From Candidatus Poribacteria bacterium (GTDB lineage: Bacteria; Poribacteria; WGA-4E; PCPOR2b), in contig OZ220744.1 of assembly GCA_965116925.1 (NCBI GenBank), forward strand, positions 2,912,001 through 2,976,000: 64,000 nt of DNA, given 5' to 3'. Positions 28,879 through 39,365 of the stretch are shown one piece after another (the first letter of the stretch is position 1; each line of letters begins with the position of its first letter). The notes below the pieces were generated by a model. That model ran no database searches, was not told where the DNA came from, and was given only the letters and a program-made list of their open reading frames with translations. A program made the position numbers and the translations under genes.

Positions 28879-29790
28879 ATGAACTACGATGCGACGAATC
28901 GAACCTTTGACTGTGAACCGACCCTCACCGACACGCAGGTTCTGCAATTTTGTCGCGATGGTTTCCTGACATTGGAAGGCGTTGTCCCCGATGAAGTCAA
29001 CCAACGTGCATGCGATTACTTGAGAGGAAAGATACCGGCTAACCCCTGTTTCATTCCGGAAGGGCTCACCGAAGCGGATTTAGAACGAATCCGTAACTCC
29101 CATGAACCGAGCACAATCCTTCTTGAAGATTGGTACATTGAACATGTGCTTCTCAATGAGCAGCTCGCCGGTGCACTGCGATCACTGCTCGGTAAGAATG
29201 TGGGGTTACCTGTGCTAGTGAGTGATCACAGTACCGAATGTCCCGCGCCCGCCCAAGGTTGGCATCAGGATGCCGACCACATTTTCGGACCGGAGGTTAA
29301 TTTCATTGAGGTCTTTTATTTTCCACAAGACACACCGTTGGAGATGGGACCCACGGAGATTGTACCCGGAACGCATTTCGGTCCCGCCCAACGTGACGCA
29401 GAACATGAAGGGGTCCCAACCAGCGGACCCGCCGGAACGTTTGCCCTCCATTCTCAAAGCATTCTACATCGGAGAGGTGAATCAACTGGTAAAGGACTGC
29501 GGCACATGCTGAAATACAATTACTGGCGAACAGTACCGCCAGAAAGGGATTGGATTGTTGAACCAAACTTTGATTTCCATCGTGCCTATTACGGCGGTCA
29601 TCGCGTTGCTAGATATGTTGCTCACATGCTATACTGGCTCTGCGGAAAAGGCGATGAATTTCGAGTTGTTGGTGGACAGGGATGGCCATGGCGAACCGAA
29701 AACCAAATCGGGCCATCTTATGGATTTGATGTAAGCAGAGGATACCTGCCGGATTGGCGTCAAAATAATGGTGATGGTTACGCAAATTAG
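28879..29790 (+). CDS. Phytanoyl-CoA dioxygenase (PhyH) family Fe/2OG oxygenase
   Basis: FCRDGFL, WHQD, GPTEIVPGTH, distal His in ILHRRG. Confidence 0.85.
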   Translation: MNYDATNRTFDCEPTLTDTQVLQFCRDGFLTLEGVVPDEVNQRACDYLRGKIPANPCFIPEGLTEADLERIRNSHEPSTILLEDWYIEHVLLNEQLAGALRSLLGKNVGLPVLVSDHSTECPAPAQGWHQDADHIFGPEVNFIEVFYFPQDTPLEMGPTEIVPGTHFGPAQRDAEHEGVPTSGPAGTFALHSQSILHRRGESTGKGLRHMLKYNYWRTVPPERDWIVEPNFDFHRAYYGGHRVARYVAHMLYWLCGKGDEFRVVGGQGWPWRTENQIGPSYGFDVSRGYLPDWRQNNGDGYAN

Positions 29791-29820
29791 AATAATTTAT
29801 CCATACAAGGAGGAAGACAC

Positions 29821-30138
29821 ATGTACGTTATAGTCGCCCCTATTCAGATTAAGGAAGGACATAGGGAGGCATTCATCGAAGCCATGCTCGACGATGCCAA
29901 AGGCTCAGTGAAGGATGAACCCGGCTGTCTACGGTTTGATGTAATTCAGGACGGCACCGATCCCAACCGGATCTGGCTTTACGAGATTTACGTGGACGAG
30001 GCAGCTTTCCAAGCCCATCTGCAAGCCCCTCACTTCATAAAGTGGCGGGATACCGTAAAGGACTGGTTCGCTGAAGGTCCGAAAGGGGCAGGAGGGGGAA
30101 GTTACAATATCTGGCCCCCCGATGATGAATGGAAGTAG
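29821..30138 (+). CDS. Antibiotic biosynthesis monooxygenase (ABM/LsrG-like) protein
   Basis: EPGCLRFDV, LYEIY, FQAHLQAPHF; strong SD AGGAGG. Confidence 0.85.
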   Translation: MYVIVAPIQIKEGHREAFIEAMLDDAKGSVKDEPGCLRFDVIQDGTDPNRIWLYEIYVDEAAFQAHLQAPHFIKWRDTVKDWFAEGPKGAGGGSYNIWPPDDEWK

Positions 30139-30150
30139 TGTAGCCTCCAC

Positions 30151-30200
30151 AGGCTTGACGTACTTTCAAGCACTCACGCTTAGAAGTACGTCAAGCTTTT
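30151..30200. terminator. Hairpin between convergent genes (probable terminator)
   Basis: 13-bp arms GCTTGACGTACTT / AAGTACGTCAAGC followed by TTTT. Confidence 0.6.
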
Positions 30201-30244
30201 GATTACAGAGGTAACCACAGTAGAATTATTACCCGCAAGATCTT

Positions 30245-32224
30245 TCAAAGTTCCCGCCTCAGTTCCTCAATTCCATCTCGCAAAGCCGCCGCTTTTTCAA
30301 ACTCCAGATTCGCCGCCGCCGCCTGCATCTGCTTCGTGAGATCAGCAATCAAGGTATGAATATCTTCCTCAGATGTCGCCTCCGAAATCTCGACCCCCAG
30401 AGCATCCGCCGGTTCTTCATCATCGTCAACAAGTGCACTGATGAGATCGCGAATTTCCTTGTCGATTGACGCTGGCGTGATGCCATGTGCTTTGTTGTAC
30501 GCCATCTGAATTTCGCGGCGTCGTTCCGTTTCGTCGATAGCACTGCGGATGGCATCGGTGATTTCATCGGCATACAAGATGACCTCGCCGTCAAGATTTC
30601 GAGCCGCGCGGCCCGCAGTCTGGATTAACGACGTTTCAGATCGGAGGAAGCCCGCCCGGTCCGCATCAAGAATAGCGACTAACGACACCTCTGGCAGATC
30701 CAAACCCTCGCGGAGGAGGTTAATCCCCACAAGAACATCAAAACTCCCCTGCCGGAGCTCTTTTAAGATTCGTGATCGATCTAAGGTGTCAACGTCTGAA
30801 TGGAGATATTCGGCTTTGACACCGGCTTCGGTGAGATAATCAGTCAAATCTTCAGCCATGCGCTTAGTGAGGGTTGTAACAAGGACACGCTGCCTTTGAG
30901 CAACCCGTTCATTGATAACCCCAATGAGATGATCGATCTGTCCGTCAACCGGATAGACGGAAATCTTTGGATCAATTAACCCTGTGGGACGAATAATCTG
31001 TTCGACCACTTGCGAACTCTGTTCAAACTCATAAGGTCCCGGCGTCGCTGAAACAAATACCGCACGATGGAGATACGATTCAAACTCCTCAAACTTGAGA
31101 GGCCGGTTATCCAAAGCAGAAGGTAGGCGGAAGCCGTAGTCAACCAATGTCAACTTGCGGGCGCGGTCGCCCCGATACATCCCACGAATTTGGGGCAAGG
31201 TCACGTGAGATTCATCGATAATCATGAGATAGTCATCAGAAAAATAGTTGAGTAAACAGTAAGGTGGTTCGCCGGGGGCTAGCCCTGAGAAATGGCGCGA
31301 ATAATTCTCAATGCCCTGACAGTAGCCGACTTCCCGCATCATTTCAAGATCAAATCGAGTCCGTTGTTCAATCCGTTGGGCTTCCAATAGTTTATTGTTA
31401 GCAATGAAGTAGTCAATCTGATCTTGCAGTTCGGTTTCAATATCTAACAACGCCTGTTCAAACCGTTCAGCGTCCGTCATGAAATGTCTAGCAGGGAAAA
31501 GTGTGATTGACTCATGTTCCGTCAAGATCTCGCCCGTTAGAGTATCAATCTCAGTAATCCGCTCGACCTCGTCCCCGAAAAGTTCGATCCGGTAGGCGGT
31601 ATCTGCATACGCAGGAAAAACTTCGATCACATCGCCGCGCGCCCGGAAACTCCCACGCGAAAAATCGATGTCATTCCGCTCATATCGAATATCCACAAAC
31701 GCACGTAGGAGTTTATTCCTTTTGATAATGTCCCCGCAGCTCACCTCAACTCGCTGGAAATCGTACTCCTTGGGGGATCCAATACCGTAGATACAGGAAA
31801 CACTCGCAACGACGATAACGTCACGGCGTGTGAGCAGCGAGGCGGTCGAGGCGAGACGCAATCGATCAATCTCTTCGTTAATCTGTATATCTTTTTCTAT
31901 GTAGGTATCTGTGACCGGCAGATATGCTTCAGGCTGGTAGTAATCGTAGTAACTGACAAAATAATGAACAGCGTTGTGTGGGAAGAATTCTCGGAACTCG
32001 CTATATAACTGCGCTGCCAGGGTTTTGTTGTGCGAGATGACTAACGTAGGACGTTGCAAATTTGCGATGACATGCGCCATCGTGAAGGTTTTTCCCGAAC
32101 CCGTAACGCCCAACAACGTTTGAAGATCGTTCTCTTTTCGCAGAAAATCTTCCGTAAGCATCTGGATTGCTTGCGGCTGATCTCCTTGCGGTGTATAGTC
32201 TGAAACCAACTCAAATTTTTCCAT
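30245..32224 (-). CDS. uvrB: Excinuclease ABC subunit B
   Basis: [41 protein letters not shown]-terminal UVR domain. Confidence 0.98.
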   Translation of the reverse strand: MEKFELVSDYTPQGDQPQAIQMLTEDFLRKENDLQTLLGVTGSGKTFTMAHVIANLQRPTLVISHNKTLAAQLYSEFREFFPHNAVHYFVSYYDYYQPEAYLPVTDTYIEKDIQINEEIDRLRLASTASLLTRRDVIVVASVSCIYGIGSPKEYDFQRVEVSCGDIIKRNKLLRAFVDIRYERNDIDFSRGSFRARGDVIEVFPAYADTAYRIELFGDEVERITEIDTLTGEILTEHESITLFPARHFMTDAERFEQALLDIETELQDQIDYFIANNKLLEAQRIEQRTRFDLEMMREVGYCQGIENYSRHFSGLAPGEPPYCLLNYFSDDYLMIIDESHVTLPQIRGMYRGDRARKLTLVDYGFRLPSALDNRPLKFEEFESYLHRAVFVSATPGPYEFEQSSQVVEQIIRPTGLIDPKISVYPVDGQIDHLIGVINERVAQRQRVLVTTLTKRMAEDLTDYLTEAGVKAEYLHSDVDTLDRSRILKELRQGSFDVLVGINLLREGLDLPEVSLVAILDADRAGFLRSETSLIQTAGRAARNLDGEVILYADEITDAIRSAIDETERRREIQMAYNKAHGITPASIDKEIRDLISALVDDDEEPADALGVEISEATSEEDIHTLIADLTKQMQAAAANLEFEKAAALRDGIEELRREL

Positions 32225-32342
32225 ATTTCTCGATTCCTAGCAGCATCATGCCTACCCTAAACAAGGAATAACGATTGCTATCCCTACAGGTATCGGTTGG
32301 ATTTTCGCCGTAAAACTCGATTTTTGCCTTTTCCTTCACGTT

Positions 32343-34793
32343 TTACTGATGTGCATTACAGATCACCTTCGGTTCATATCCAACGATGAAGGCTTCCTTA
32401 ATAATGTCTTCCTCCGGACATTTTCCTTGATATCTCAGCATTCCTGTATTTTTATCGACGCTTCGCCAAACAACGTTGGATGGTTTATCAAAATCCTTGA
32501 CGGGACCGCGTGCCCCCTCAATCATAAATCGAGCCCAAATGGGTAAGGCACCTAGGGCCCCTGGAAACGTTGTCTTCTTCTTGTGGTCGTTAAATCCAAC
32601 CCAAACCCCAGCAGCGAGATTCTGAATATAACCGACAAACCACGCATCTGTATAATTGTCCGTCGTGCCGGTTTTGCCGGCTGCAGGACGTTCTAACCCC
32701 ATAACACGTGCCCGCCTCCCGGTGCCATTATTAATCACACCCTTCATGAGATGTGTCATGAGGTAGGCGACCCCTGGATCAAGTGCTTGTTCCGCCGGTG
32801 GTTGATTTTCAATCAGGAGATTTCCATACTGATCTTCAACATAGTGAATGGCTATTGGCTTCCTGCGCATCCCACCGTTAGCAAAAACAGAGTAGGCACC
32901 AGTCATTTGGAGTAACGGCAATCCACCTGCCCCTAATGCAACTGACGGATATGCAGGCAAATTGGCGTCAATGCCTAGACGTTTGGCCATCGCGAGTGTT
33001 CGATTGAGCCCGGCAGGCTTTTCGTTTTCCTCTATCCGTGTCTCCCACATCATTCTTGCTGTCGCAATGTTAATTGATTTTTCCAATACCCTTCGCGCAG
33101 TAATCTCTCCGTAGTAACGTCGTCCGTAGTTTCGCGGTCTCCATCTCCGCCGTGTTCCAACGTCAATAGACCACGCTTCATCGCGAATAATCGTTGCCGG
33201 TGTTATTAAAGGGGGAAGATCGAGCAGTGCTGCAAAGACTATTGGTTTAAAAGATGAACCGGGTTGGCGGTAGGCATCAACAGATCGATTGAAAAAGTTA
33301 ATCTCCTGCCGTGTGATATAAAAATCACGTCCTCCAACCATTGCCTTGATGTGTCCTGTTTGCGGTTCAAGGGCAATCAGCCCCGCTTGCAAATAATTGG
33401 TAATTGGGTTAATGCCATTGGGATTATTTTTATTCTCGTCGTAGTCGGGCAGGTTTCTGTATCTACGATACCCCACCCTCAACTTCTGATCCAATTCTCG
33501 CAAGTGGTCAGCAACAGCTCTTTCTGCAATCTCCTGCATGGATGGATCGATTGTCGTATATACCCTCAACCCTTGATTGTACAAATGTCCTTCTAAGTCA
33601 GATATCTCGATTAGCTGTTCATGAACATATTCCAAAAAATGGGAGCCGCCTGTGCCCTGCGCGCTTTTGGGCACCTCAATGACAACAGGTTTCTGGATAT
33701 ATGTATCGTGTTCCTCTGGGCTAATGAAACCTGCCTTTAGCATCAACCCAAGCACCAGATTGCGCCGTTCTTTTGAGCGATCTGGATGACGCACCGGCGA
33801 ATAGCGCGTTGGTGACTTCGGAATGCCCGCTAGTGTGGCACACTCATGGAGTTCTAACTCCCATACATTCTTCCCAAAATAGTTTTGGGCTGCCTCTTGG
33901 ACGCCGAGTACTTCCTGCGAACCGTATCGTCCCAAGTTAATGAGGTTCAGATATCTTTCGAGAATTTCGTCCTTGGAAAATTGATGCTCAATACGGACAG
34001 CAAGCAGCGCCTCCTTTACCTTTCGCAAAAGTCGTCTCTCACGGGTCAGATAGATATTGCGTGTGAGTTGCTGAGTGACGGTACTTGCGCCTTGCAGCGT
34101 TCCTTGCACTTGCCCTAGATATAACTGAGTATTGTGAATCGCTGCACGGAGAATTCCTAGAAAATCTACACCCCAGTGATTATAGAATCGCTGATCTTCA
34201 ACCGCGAGAAATGCCTGCAGCAGGGTATCTGGCATCTGCACCAGTTTCACAATCTCTCGTGCCTCGGCTTCACCTTCTCTGTCATAAAGCGCGTTGAGCA
34301 ACTCCGGCCTAAGATCAAAACTATCTATTTTTTCACCGTCATCATTTTGGATCGTCTCAATTTTTCCATCAACCACAGAAAGCTCGACCTGATAGGGTTC
34401 CCGATCTTCACTTGGGAAATGGAAACCCTGGAGATATATCCATAGCCTTTCAGGTTGTCCCTGTTCATCACGCCCGACTGAATATTGTCCAACGACACTT
34501 GGCTTAATGAATTCCCCGCTTTCTTGATACTCCAATCGCTTCAATTTATCCAGCAGAAAATCGACAGAATCTCCCGGTTGGACTGTACAAAGCGAGGAAT
34601 AAACTTCAAGGTGTTGTTTCCACGTGTTAACCTCACGGTATTCCAGTTGGCCCAAGTCAACATGGTCAATGGAATCCCATGATTTGATGACAACACCTCC
34701 GACGAACCCAACGCCGACAAAGATCAACATCATCACACAAATAGCAGCAATGAGTAACAATGTGAGTACGCCCCGAAAAAGTTTTTTAATCAT
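32343..34793 (-). CDS. Class A penicillin-binding protein (PBP1A/1B-like)
   Basis: N-terminal TM; transglycosylase EDQRF, GASTVTQQL, RKVKE; transpeptidase SSFK, SIN, KTG. Confidence 0.92.
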   Translation of the reverse strand: MIKKLFRGVLTLLLIAAICVMMLIFVGVGFVGGVVIKSWDSIDHVDLGQLEYREVNTWKQHLEVYSSLCTVQPGDSVDFLLDKLKRLEYQESGEFIKPSVVGQYSVGRDEQGQPERLWIYLQGFHFPSEDREPYQVELSVVDGKIETIQNDDGEKIDSFDLRPELLNALYDREGEAEAREIVKLVQMPDTLLQAFLAVEDQRFYNHWGVDFLGILRAAIHNTQLYLGQVQGTLQGASTVTQQLTRNIYLTRERRLLRKVKEALLAVRIEHQFSKDEILERYLNLINLGRYGSQEVLGVQEAAQNYFGKNVWELELHECATLAGIPKSPTRYSPVRHPDRSKERRNLVLGLMLKAGFISPEEHDTYIQKPVVIEVPKSAQGTGGSHFLEYVHEQLIEISDLEGHLYNQGLRVYTTIDPSMQEIAERAVADHLRELDQKLRVGYRRYRNLPDYDENKNNPNGINPITNYLQAGLIALEPQTGHIKAMVGGRDFYITRQEINFFNRSVDAYRQPGSSFKPIVFAALLDLPPLITPATIIRDEAWSIDVGTRRRWRPRNYGRRYYGEITARRVLEKSINIATARMMWETRIEENEKPAGLNRTLAMAKRLGIDANLPAYPSVALGAGGLPLLQMTGAYSVFANGGMRRKPIAIHYVEDQYGNLLIENQPPAEQALDPGVAYLMTHLMKGVINNGTGRRARVMGLERPAAGKTGTTDNYTDAWFVGYIQNLAAGVWVGFNDHKKKTTFPGALGALPIWARFMIEGARGPVKDFDKPSNVVWRSVDKNTGMLRYQGKCPEEDIIKEAFIVGYEPKVICNAHQ

Positions 34794-34856
34794 CCAATTT
34801 TCCTTATCCTATATCTTGATTTTATCGGTTTCCCTGAAAAATTCAGAGATTAATAT

Positions 34857-35474
34857 TTACGGCGTACGGTCCCGACTCCGTTCTTTCCTAACACGTTTGA
34901 TAGTGCAGCCAAACGCCTTTGTTTTCTTGTGGTCTTCAGGAATTTCTTTTTCGGCAACCACAAGATCAAGCCTTTCGCGTAGATAGTGTGTTTCGGGATT
35001 CTTCTGGCTGTTATCAATAGCACCACGATACCGAAGTATCCGCTTTTCGTCCAATAAGTAGACTTCAGGTGTACGCCTTGCTCCGAATTTATCCGCAATC
35101 TTATTCCCCAAGTCTTTTAGGACGACGAAATCGAACCTGTTTGTTTTGTTATGTTCCGCTATCTCTTCGACCGATTCATTCCTGTTGGAGTTGATCCCAA
35201 TGAACTGTACACCTTGACCTTTGTAGTCATTATGTAGTTCGACCATTCTCTCGTTGTAATCGTTAAAAACAGGACATTGGGTCGAAATGAACATCACAAC
35301 GGTCGCCTTTTTTTCGTGGCTCAAATCCTTGAGTGAATGTTCTTTGTCCGTTGCATCTTTAAGCGTGAAGTTGAGGACTTTCTTATCCATCTTGACAGTG
35401 TCTGCACCGGTATTCATACTAAAAGTAATAATAAAAATGAAGATCACGGTGAGGATCCGAGTCAATAATTTCAT
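34857..35474 (-). CDS. Exported redoxin/thioredoxin-like (AhpC/TSA) protein
   Basis: Signal peptide; CPV; FGARRTPEV; YRGAID; GCTIK. Confidence 0.85.
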   Translation of the reverse strand: MKLLTRILTVIFIFIITFSMNTGADTVKMDKKVLNFTLKDATDKEHSLKDLSHEKKATVVMFISTQCPVFNDYNERMVELHNDYKGQGVQFIGINSNRNESVEEIAEHNKTNRFDFVVLKDLGNKIADKFGARRTPEVYLLDEKRILRYRGAIDNSQKNPETHYLRERLDLVVAEKEIPEDHKKTKAFGCTIKRVRKERSRDRTP

Positions 35475-35819
35475 TGATACCTCCTACGATTGCAATTAAT
35501 CTGCCAACCCTTTTGAATCCACATAACATTGCATTAAGTGTTAAGACGTTTGATGTGCCATTCTGTTTAAGTCAGACCGCTTTTATATGCTTGAAAAATT
35601 CACATTTGTACGGCTTAGATTGCCCCGATTTTATAGCCACTACTTCTAATACCCAAACGCTCAAATTGAAACGAAGGTAACAACCATCAGCTAAAAATAT
35701 ATAGATTCATTCCCGACAATACGCGCCAACCTCCAAGTTGGACAGTTATCGTCGAAATATTTTGTTCGCTTTCTTCCCCGTATTTAATACGCTTGGTAAC
35801 GATGGTTTGAGGGGCAGTT

Positions 35820-37841
35820 TTATCTCACAACGGTCATTCGTCGTGTTCTCCAATAGTCCCCTGCTTCCAGCGTGTAGAAATATACTCCACTGCCGACCGT
35901 CTCTCCCATATCACTCCGGCCATCCCAATACGTCGCACGCTGCCGAGAGAGATAGTCCCCTGCCGGTTGTTCACCGAGATCCAATTCCCGCACCAATTGT
36001 CCCAAGACATCATAAATCCGAATCCGCACATGGGCAGTCTCTGCCAGTTGGTAGGGGATCCATGTTTCGGGGTTGAAGGGGTTGGGAAAATTCGGCAAGA
36101 GCGCGTTACCTCGTATTCGTCCCCATAGAGTCGGTTGCTTTCCCTGATGATTTGCGACACTCCAAGCATCAATAGCCCGTGTCAAATCAAGGGCGATAAA
36201 ACGTCCACCATTGACACCTGTGACGAAATCTTCAGGGTTTGTACCGTTAAGATTAGCACGGTGGATTCTGCCCGGATTTAGGTCCGTCCAGTATATTTTC
36301 CCCCTGTATGGATCGACGGCAATACCCGATGGACCACTTAATCTTGTTTTTTCGAGTTGTATATTTGCTGGCTTTAGCACAGTTTGAGGTTTTGTACCAT
36401 CAAGGTTCAAACGAAGAATTATTCCCGCCCCTGTGTTCACATGTTGCTCTGTTAGGTAGATTTTACCTTCCTTGACATCCAAAGCGATACCCCATGGTAC
36501 TTTGGGCAACTCAATGATGTCTTCAACATCTGTCCCGTCAAGGTTCGCCCGTTGGATTTTGTGTACTTTATAATTCGGCCAGTATATCTTACCGTTATTT
36601 ATATCTACCGCAACATCGTTCGGATAGGCTATCTCCTCTGCGACAAGCATTTCAACACCTGTACCATCTAGATTGGACCGGTGGATGCCTGTACACCCAT
36701 CTGTCCAATATATCTTACTCTCATTCGTGTCCAAGTCAAGACCGTATGGCGCACATAATCCATCAATGGGGATATCCTCAATATTGGTGCCATCGAAGTT
36801 CGACCGCTGAATTTTGCTTGCTTCAGGGTTCGTCCAGTATATTTTTTGTTCACTCGTATCCAGAGCGATGCCGTTTGGGTTCAGTTCTGTTGTGAGAAGC
36901 ATTTCGTTGTCCGTCCCGTCAAGGTTTGCTCGCTGGATTTTGGGTGGGAATTGCCAGTTTGTCCAGTATATCTTTTGCTGCTCCGTATCTATAGCAATGC
37001 CTAGTATCCGTTTTACCCTCGTCGTGAAGATATCTTCGACGTTTGTGCCGTCTAGATTTGCCCGGTGGACTTTTTCTATATCCCACTCTGTCCAATACAA
37101 CTTTCCAGCTACCGAATCAACAGTCATCGCTGATATATAACCCAAACCTAAGACCGATTCTTCTACATTTTTCCCATCAAGGTCTGCCCGGCGAATCGCT
37201 CCTCTATCGGCCCAGTAGATTTTTCCTGCAATTGGATCCAGTGCAATGCGTTGCGGATTCTGCAAGCCTTCGGTGACGAGGTCCTCAATCTCTGTACCAT
37301 CAAGGTTTGAACGCTGAATCTTTCGTGTATCAGAATCCGCCCAGTAAATCTTCTTACCGTTTGAATCTACAGCAATGCCTTGGGGCCACGACGCTCCATT
37401 TTTCCACGTGACAAGTTCTTCAATCCCCGTACCATCAAGGTTTGAGCGTTGGATGATTTGCGTGTCTGTCCAGTATAACTTCCCTCTGCTCCCATCCACA
37501 GCAACATAGAAAGGCAAACCCGATTCTACTGTGATGAGATCCTCAATGTCTGTTCCATCAAGGTTTGCTCTTTGAATCTTCCTTGTCTTACTATCCGCCC
37601 AGTAAATTTTCCCACCTTTTTTGTCAACAGCAATGCCCATGGGAGATACCAGCGGAACCGGGACAGGGGTTTCCATGTTTCCGCCGTCAAGATCTACGCG
37701 GTGAATTCCTCTGATGTCCGTCCAATATAGCTTGTCTGTATCTGCCTCTGCATGACCAAATAACAGTGCAAGTGTGATTACAAAACCGAGCCATTGAATA
37801 TAAGTGACACGCCAATTCATGTATACCCGTTCTCGTTTCAT
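35820..37841 (-). CDS. Secreted LDL-receptor class B (YWTD) repeat protein with C-terminal FlgD/T9SS-CTD-like Ig domain
   Basis: 12 K(I/L)YW(T/A)D-like..RANLDG repeats; signal peptide; NFPNPFNPETWIPY..YWDGR..GSGVYFY tail. Confidence 0.9.
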   Translation of the reverse strand: MKRERVYMNWRVTYIQWLGFVITLALLFGHAEADTDKLYWTDIRGIHRVDLDGGNMETPVPVPLVSPMGIAVDKKGGKIYWADSKTRKIQRANLDGTDIEDLITVESGLPFYVAVDGSRGKLYWTDTQIIQRSNLDGTGIEELVTWKNGASWPQGIAVDSNGKKIYWADSDTRKIQRSNLDGTEIEDLVTEGLQNPQRIALDPIAGKIYWADRGAIRRADLDGKNVEESVLGLGYISAMTVDSVAGKLYWTEWDIEKVHRANLDGTNVEDIFTTRVKRILGIAIDTEQQKIYWTNWQFPPKIQRANLDGTDNEMLLTTELNPNGIALDTSEQKIYWTNPEASKIQRSNFDGTNIEDIPIDGLCAPYGLDLDTNESKIYWTDGCTGIHRSNLDGTGVEMLVAEEIAYPNDVAVDINNGKIYWPNYKVHKIQRANLDGTDVEDIIELPKVPWGIALDVKEGKIYLTEQHVNTGAGIILRLNLDGTKPQTVLKPANIQLEKTRLSGPSGIAVDPYRGKIYWTDLNPGRIHRANLNGTNPEDFVTGVNGGRFIALDLTRAIDAWSVANHQGKQPTLWGRIRGNALLPNFPNPFNPETWIPYQLAETAHVRIRIYDVLGQLVRELDLGEQPAGDYLSRQRATYWDGRSDMGETVGSGVYFYTLEAGDYWRTRRMTVVR

Positions 37842-37891
37842 TGGTTCACTCCTTTTGACCTATTCTGTGCAGTAACCGAGCCCAACAAAAC

Positions 37892-38062
37892 CTATTTTTG
37901 GATAATCATCTTCCGCGTTGCCCTGAAACTACCGGTGTCAAGTTCGTACCAGCAAATGCCGCTGGAAACCTTTTCTCCACCATCATTCCGTCCATCCCAA
38001 TAAACAGCGTGGGATTGTGAGAGATAACCGTGCACAAGTTTGGTGCCCAGATCTAACTTCCG
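37892..38062 (-). pseudogene. Remnant of a C-terminal FlgD/CTD-like domain gene
   Basis: Manual translation RKLDLGTKLVHGYLSQSHAVYWDGRNDGGEKVSSGICWYELDTGSFRATRKMIIQK*; preceded by in-frame TGA TAG and has no start codon. Confidence 0.8.
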
Positions 38063-38158
38063 CTATCACATGTGCTATAAAATACCAATATAGATTAAAA
38101 CTGCGAAGCCTCGCGACCTACAATGCTACGCAGTTACTGTAAGATTGCATGAGAAGAT

Positions 38159-38174
38159 AGCACATAGTATGCCA
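38159..38174 (-). promoter_or_regulatory. Sigma54 (-24/-12) promoter
   Basis: TGGCATACTATGTGCT fits GG-N10-GC; palindrome CGTTCA-N5-TGAACG at 38247-38263 lies upstream. Confidence 0.55.
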
Positions 38175-38322
38175 AACTCGATAAAGGTTGGATTAGCGTC
38201 TGTAAGCGTCTTTCTCACCATTTATGGCAAAACAGCACCTTCATATCGTTCATTTTTTGAACGCTCCTGTTCATAAAGCCGGTAATCGATGCTCCTTTTA
38301 GGGCAAACCTTGTCTTTCCGCC

Positions 38323-39267
38323 TCAGACGCCAATCCGTTTCGTCACCGAATGCGTGGGCCCGCCCCATCTCGGAATTGCAACCGTCCACTGCCCCGCAGG
38401 ACCTCCAGCGACGACAATAATGACATCTTCGGGCAGCCGCCGTGTTTGTTGATGAATATACGCCTGTATGTCGCTCCTGCTAAAACCATCTCTGGCAATT
38501 GTCTTCATATGCTCAAGAGTAAACACAAGAACAATTTCAGAGGATGGGGGGGCCAGTGACGAAATGCCGCCACAAATTGTGTCCAGGATGCTTTCCGCTG
38601 TATTTCCACTGGACCCGATGTGATATGGAGAGGAACCCGCATGGACTGTCACCGTGCTGTCAGAGGCCTCGAATCCGCGTTCAACGTGCAAAGGCTCCCA
38701 CAGACTCGCCTCCTCCCGTTCAGCGATGCAGAAGGTGTATTTGCCAGCATGACCCAAAGTGGAGCGGTCTAATTCGCCGGGCAAAGCACCACCGACATTC
38801 GTACCGATGAGGCGGATTGTCCGTCCGATCGTTGCGTTTGCCCGCCAACCTTGCCCAAAAACGTTAAAACTATCATTGATATCCAACTGCTTTCGGATGG
38901 GACCATTGATAATCAGCAACGGTGTCGAATCAGCAGTTGTCACCTGAACACCGTGCAGATTAAATGCTTCTTCGGTGACTGCCTCGACTGCTGCGATGAC
39001 AACCGGCATATATTCCGGCTTGCAACCAGCCATCACCGCGTTAATAGCAATGCGCTCAATTGTTGCGTGCCCCCATTTTGGCGGGATGGCTGCGAGCAAT
39101 TCATCCGGCTGCCTGTTCGTGCCAGCTAACATTTTTTTTACCCGATCCGGCGTCGGTGGGACAACCGGCAAGCCATCAGTCCAACCGTTTTGATAACAGA
39201 GTTCTATGAGGTCTGCGTCCTCAGCTGCTTCAATCTGATCTGACTGCCATTGGATTTGTGTCATCAC
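38323..39267 (-). CDS. Conserved uncharacterised protein (GWTDGLPVVPPT family)
   Basis: GWTDGLPVVPPT, AINAVMAGCKPEY, RANATIGR, EPLHVERG. Confidence 0.75.
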   Translation of the reverse strand: MMTQIQWQSDQIEAAEDADLIELCYQNGWTDGLPVVPPTPDRVKKMLAGTNRQPDELLAAIPPKWGHATIERIAINAVMAGCKPEYMPVVIAAVEAVTEEAFNLHGVQVTTADSTPLLIINGPIRKQLDINDSFNVFGQGWRANATIGRTIRLIGTNVGGALPGELDRSTLGHAGKYTFCIAEREEASLWEPLHVERGFEASDSTVTVHAGSSPYHIGSSGNTAESILDTICGGISSLAPPSSEIVLVFTLEHMKTIARDGFSRSDIQAYIHQQTRRLPEDVIIVVAGGPAGQWTVAIPRWGGPTHSVTKRIGV

Positions 39268-39365
39268 AATTTTCCTTTCAATTTCTGATTTTTTGTGCTA
39301 TCATGCGTGAAATAGATAAGAAGAAATCATTTTACGTAGTACGCTATACGAACGGAGATATACTT

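Noticed and set aside
30245..34793. Functional link between uvrB and the neighbouring PBP via a UB2H-like domain
   Set aside because: UB2H is a normal PBP1B feature; adjacency alone is not evidence.
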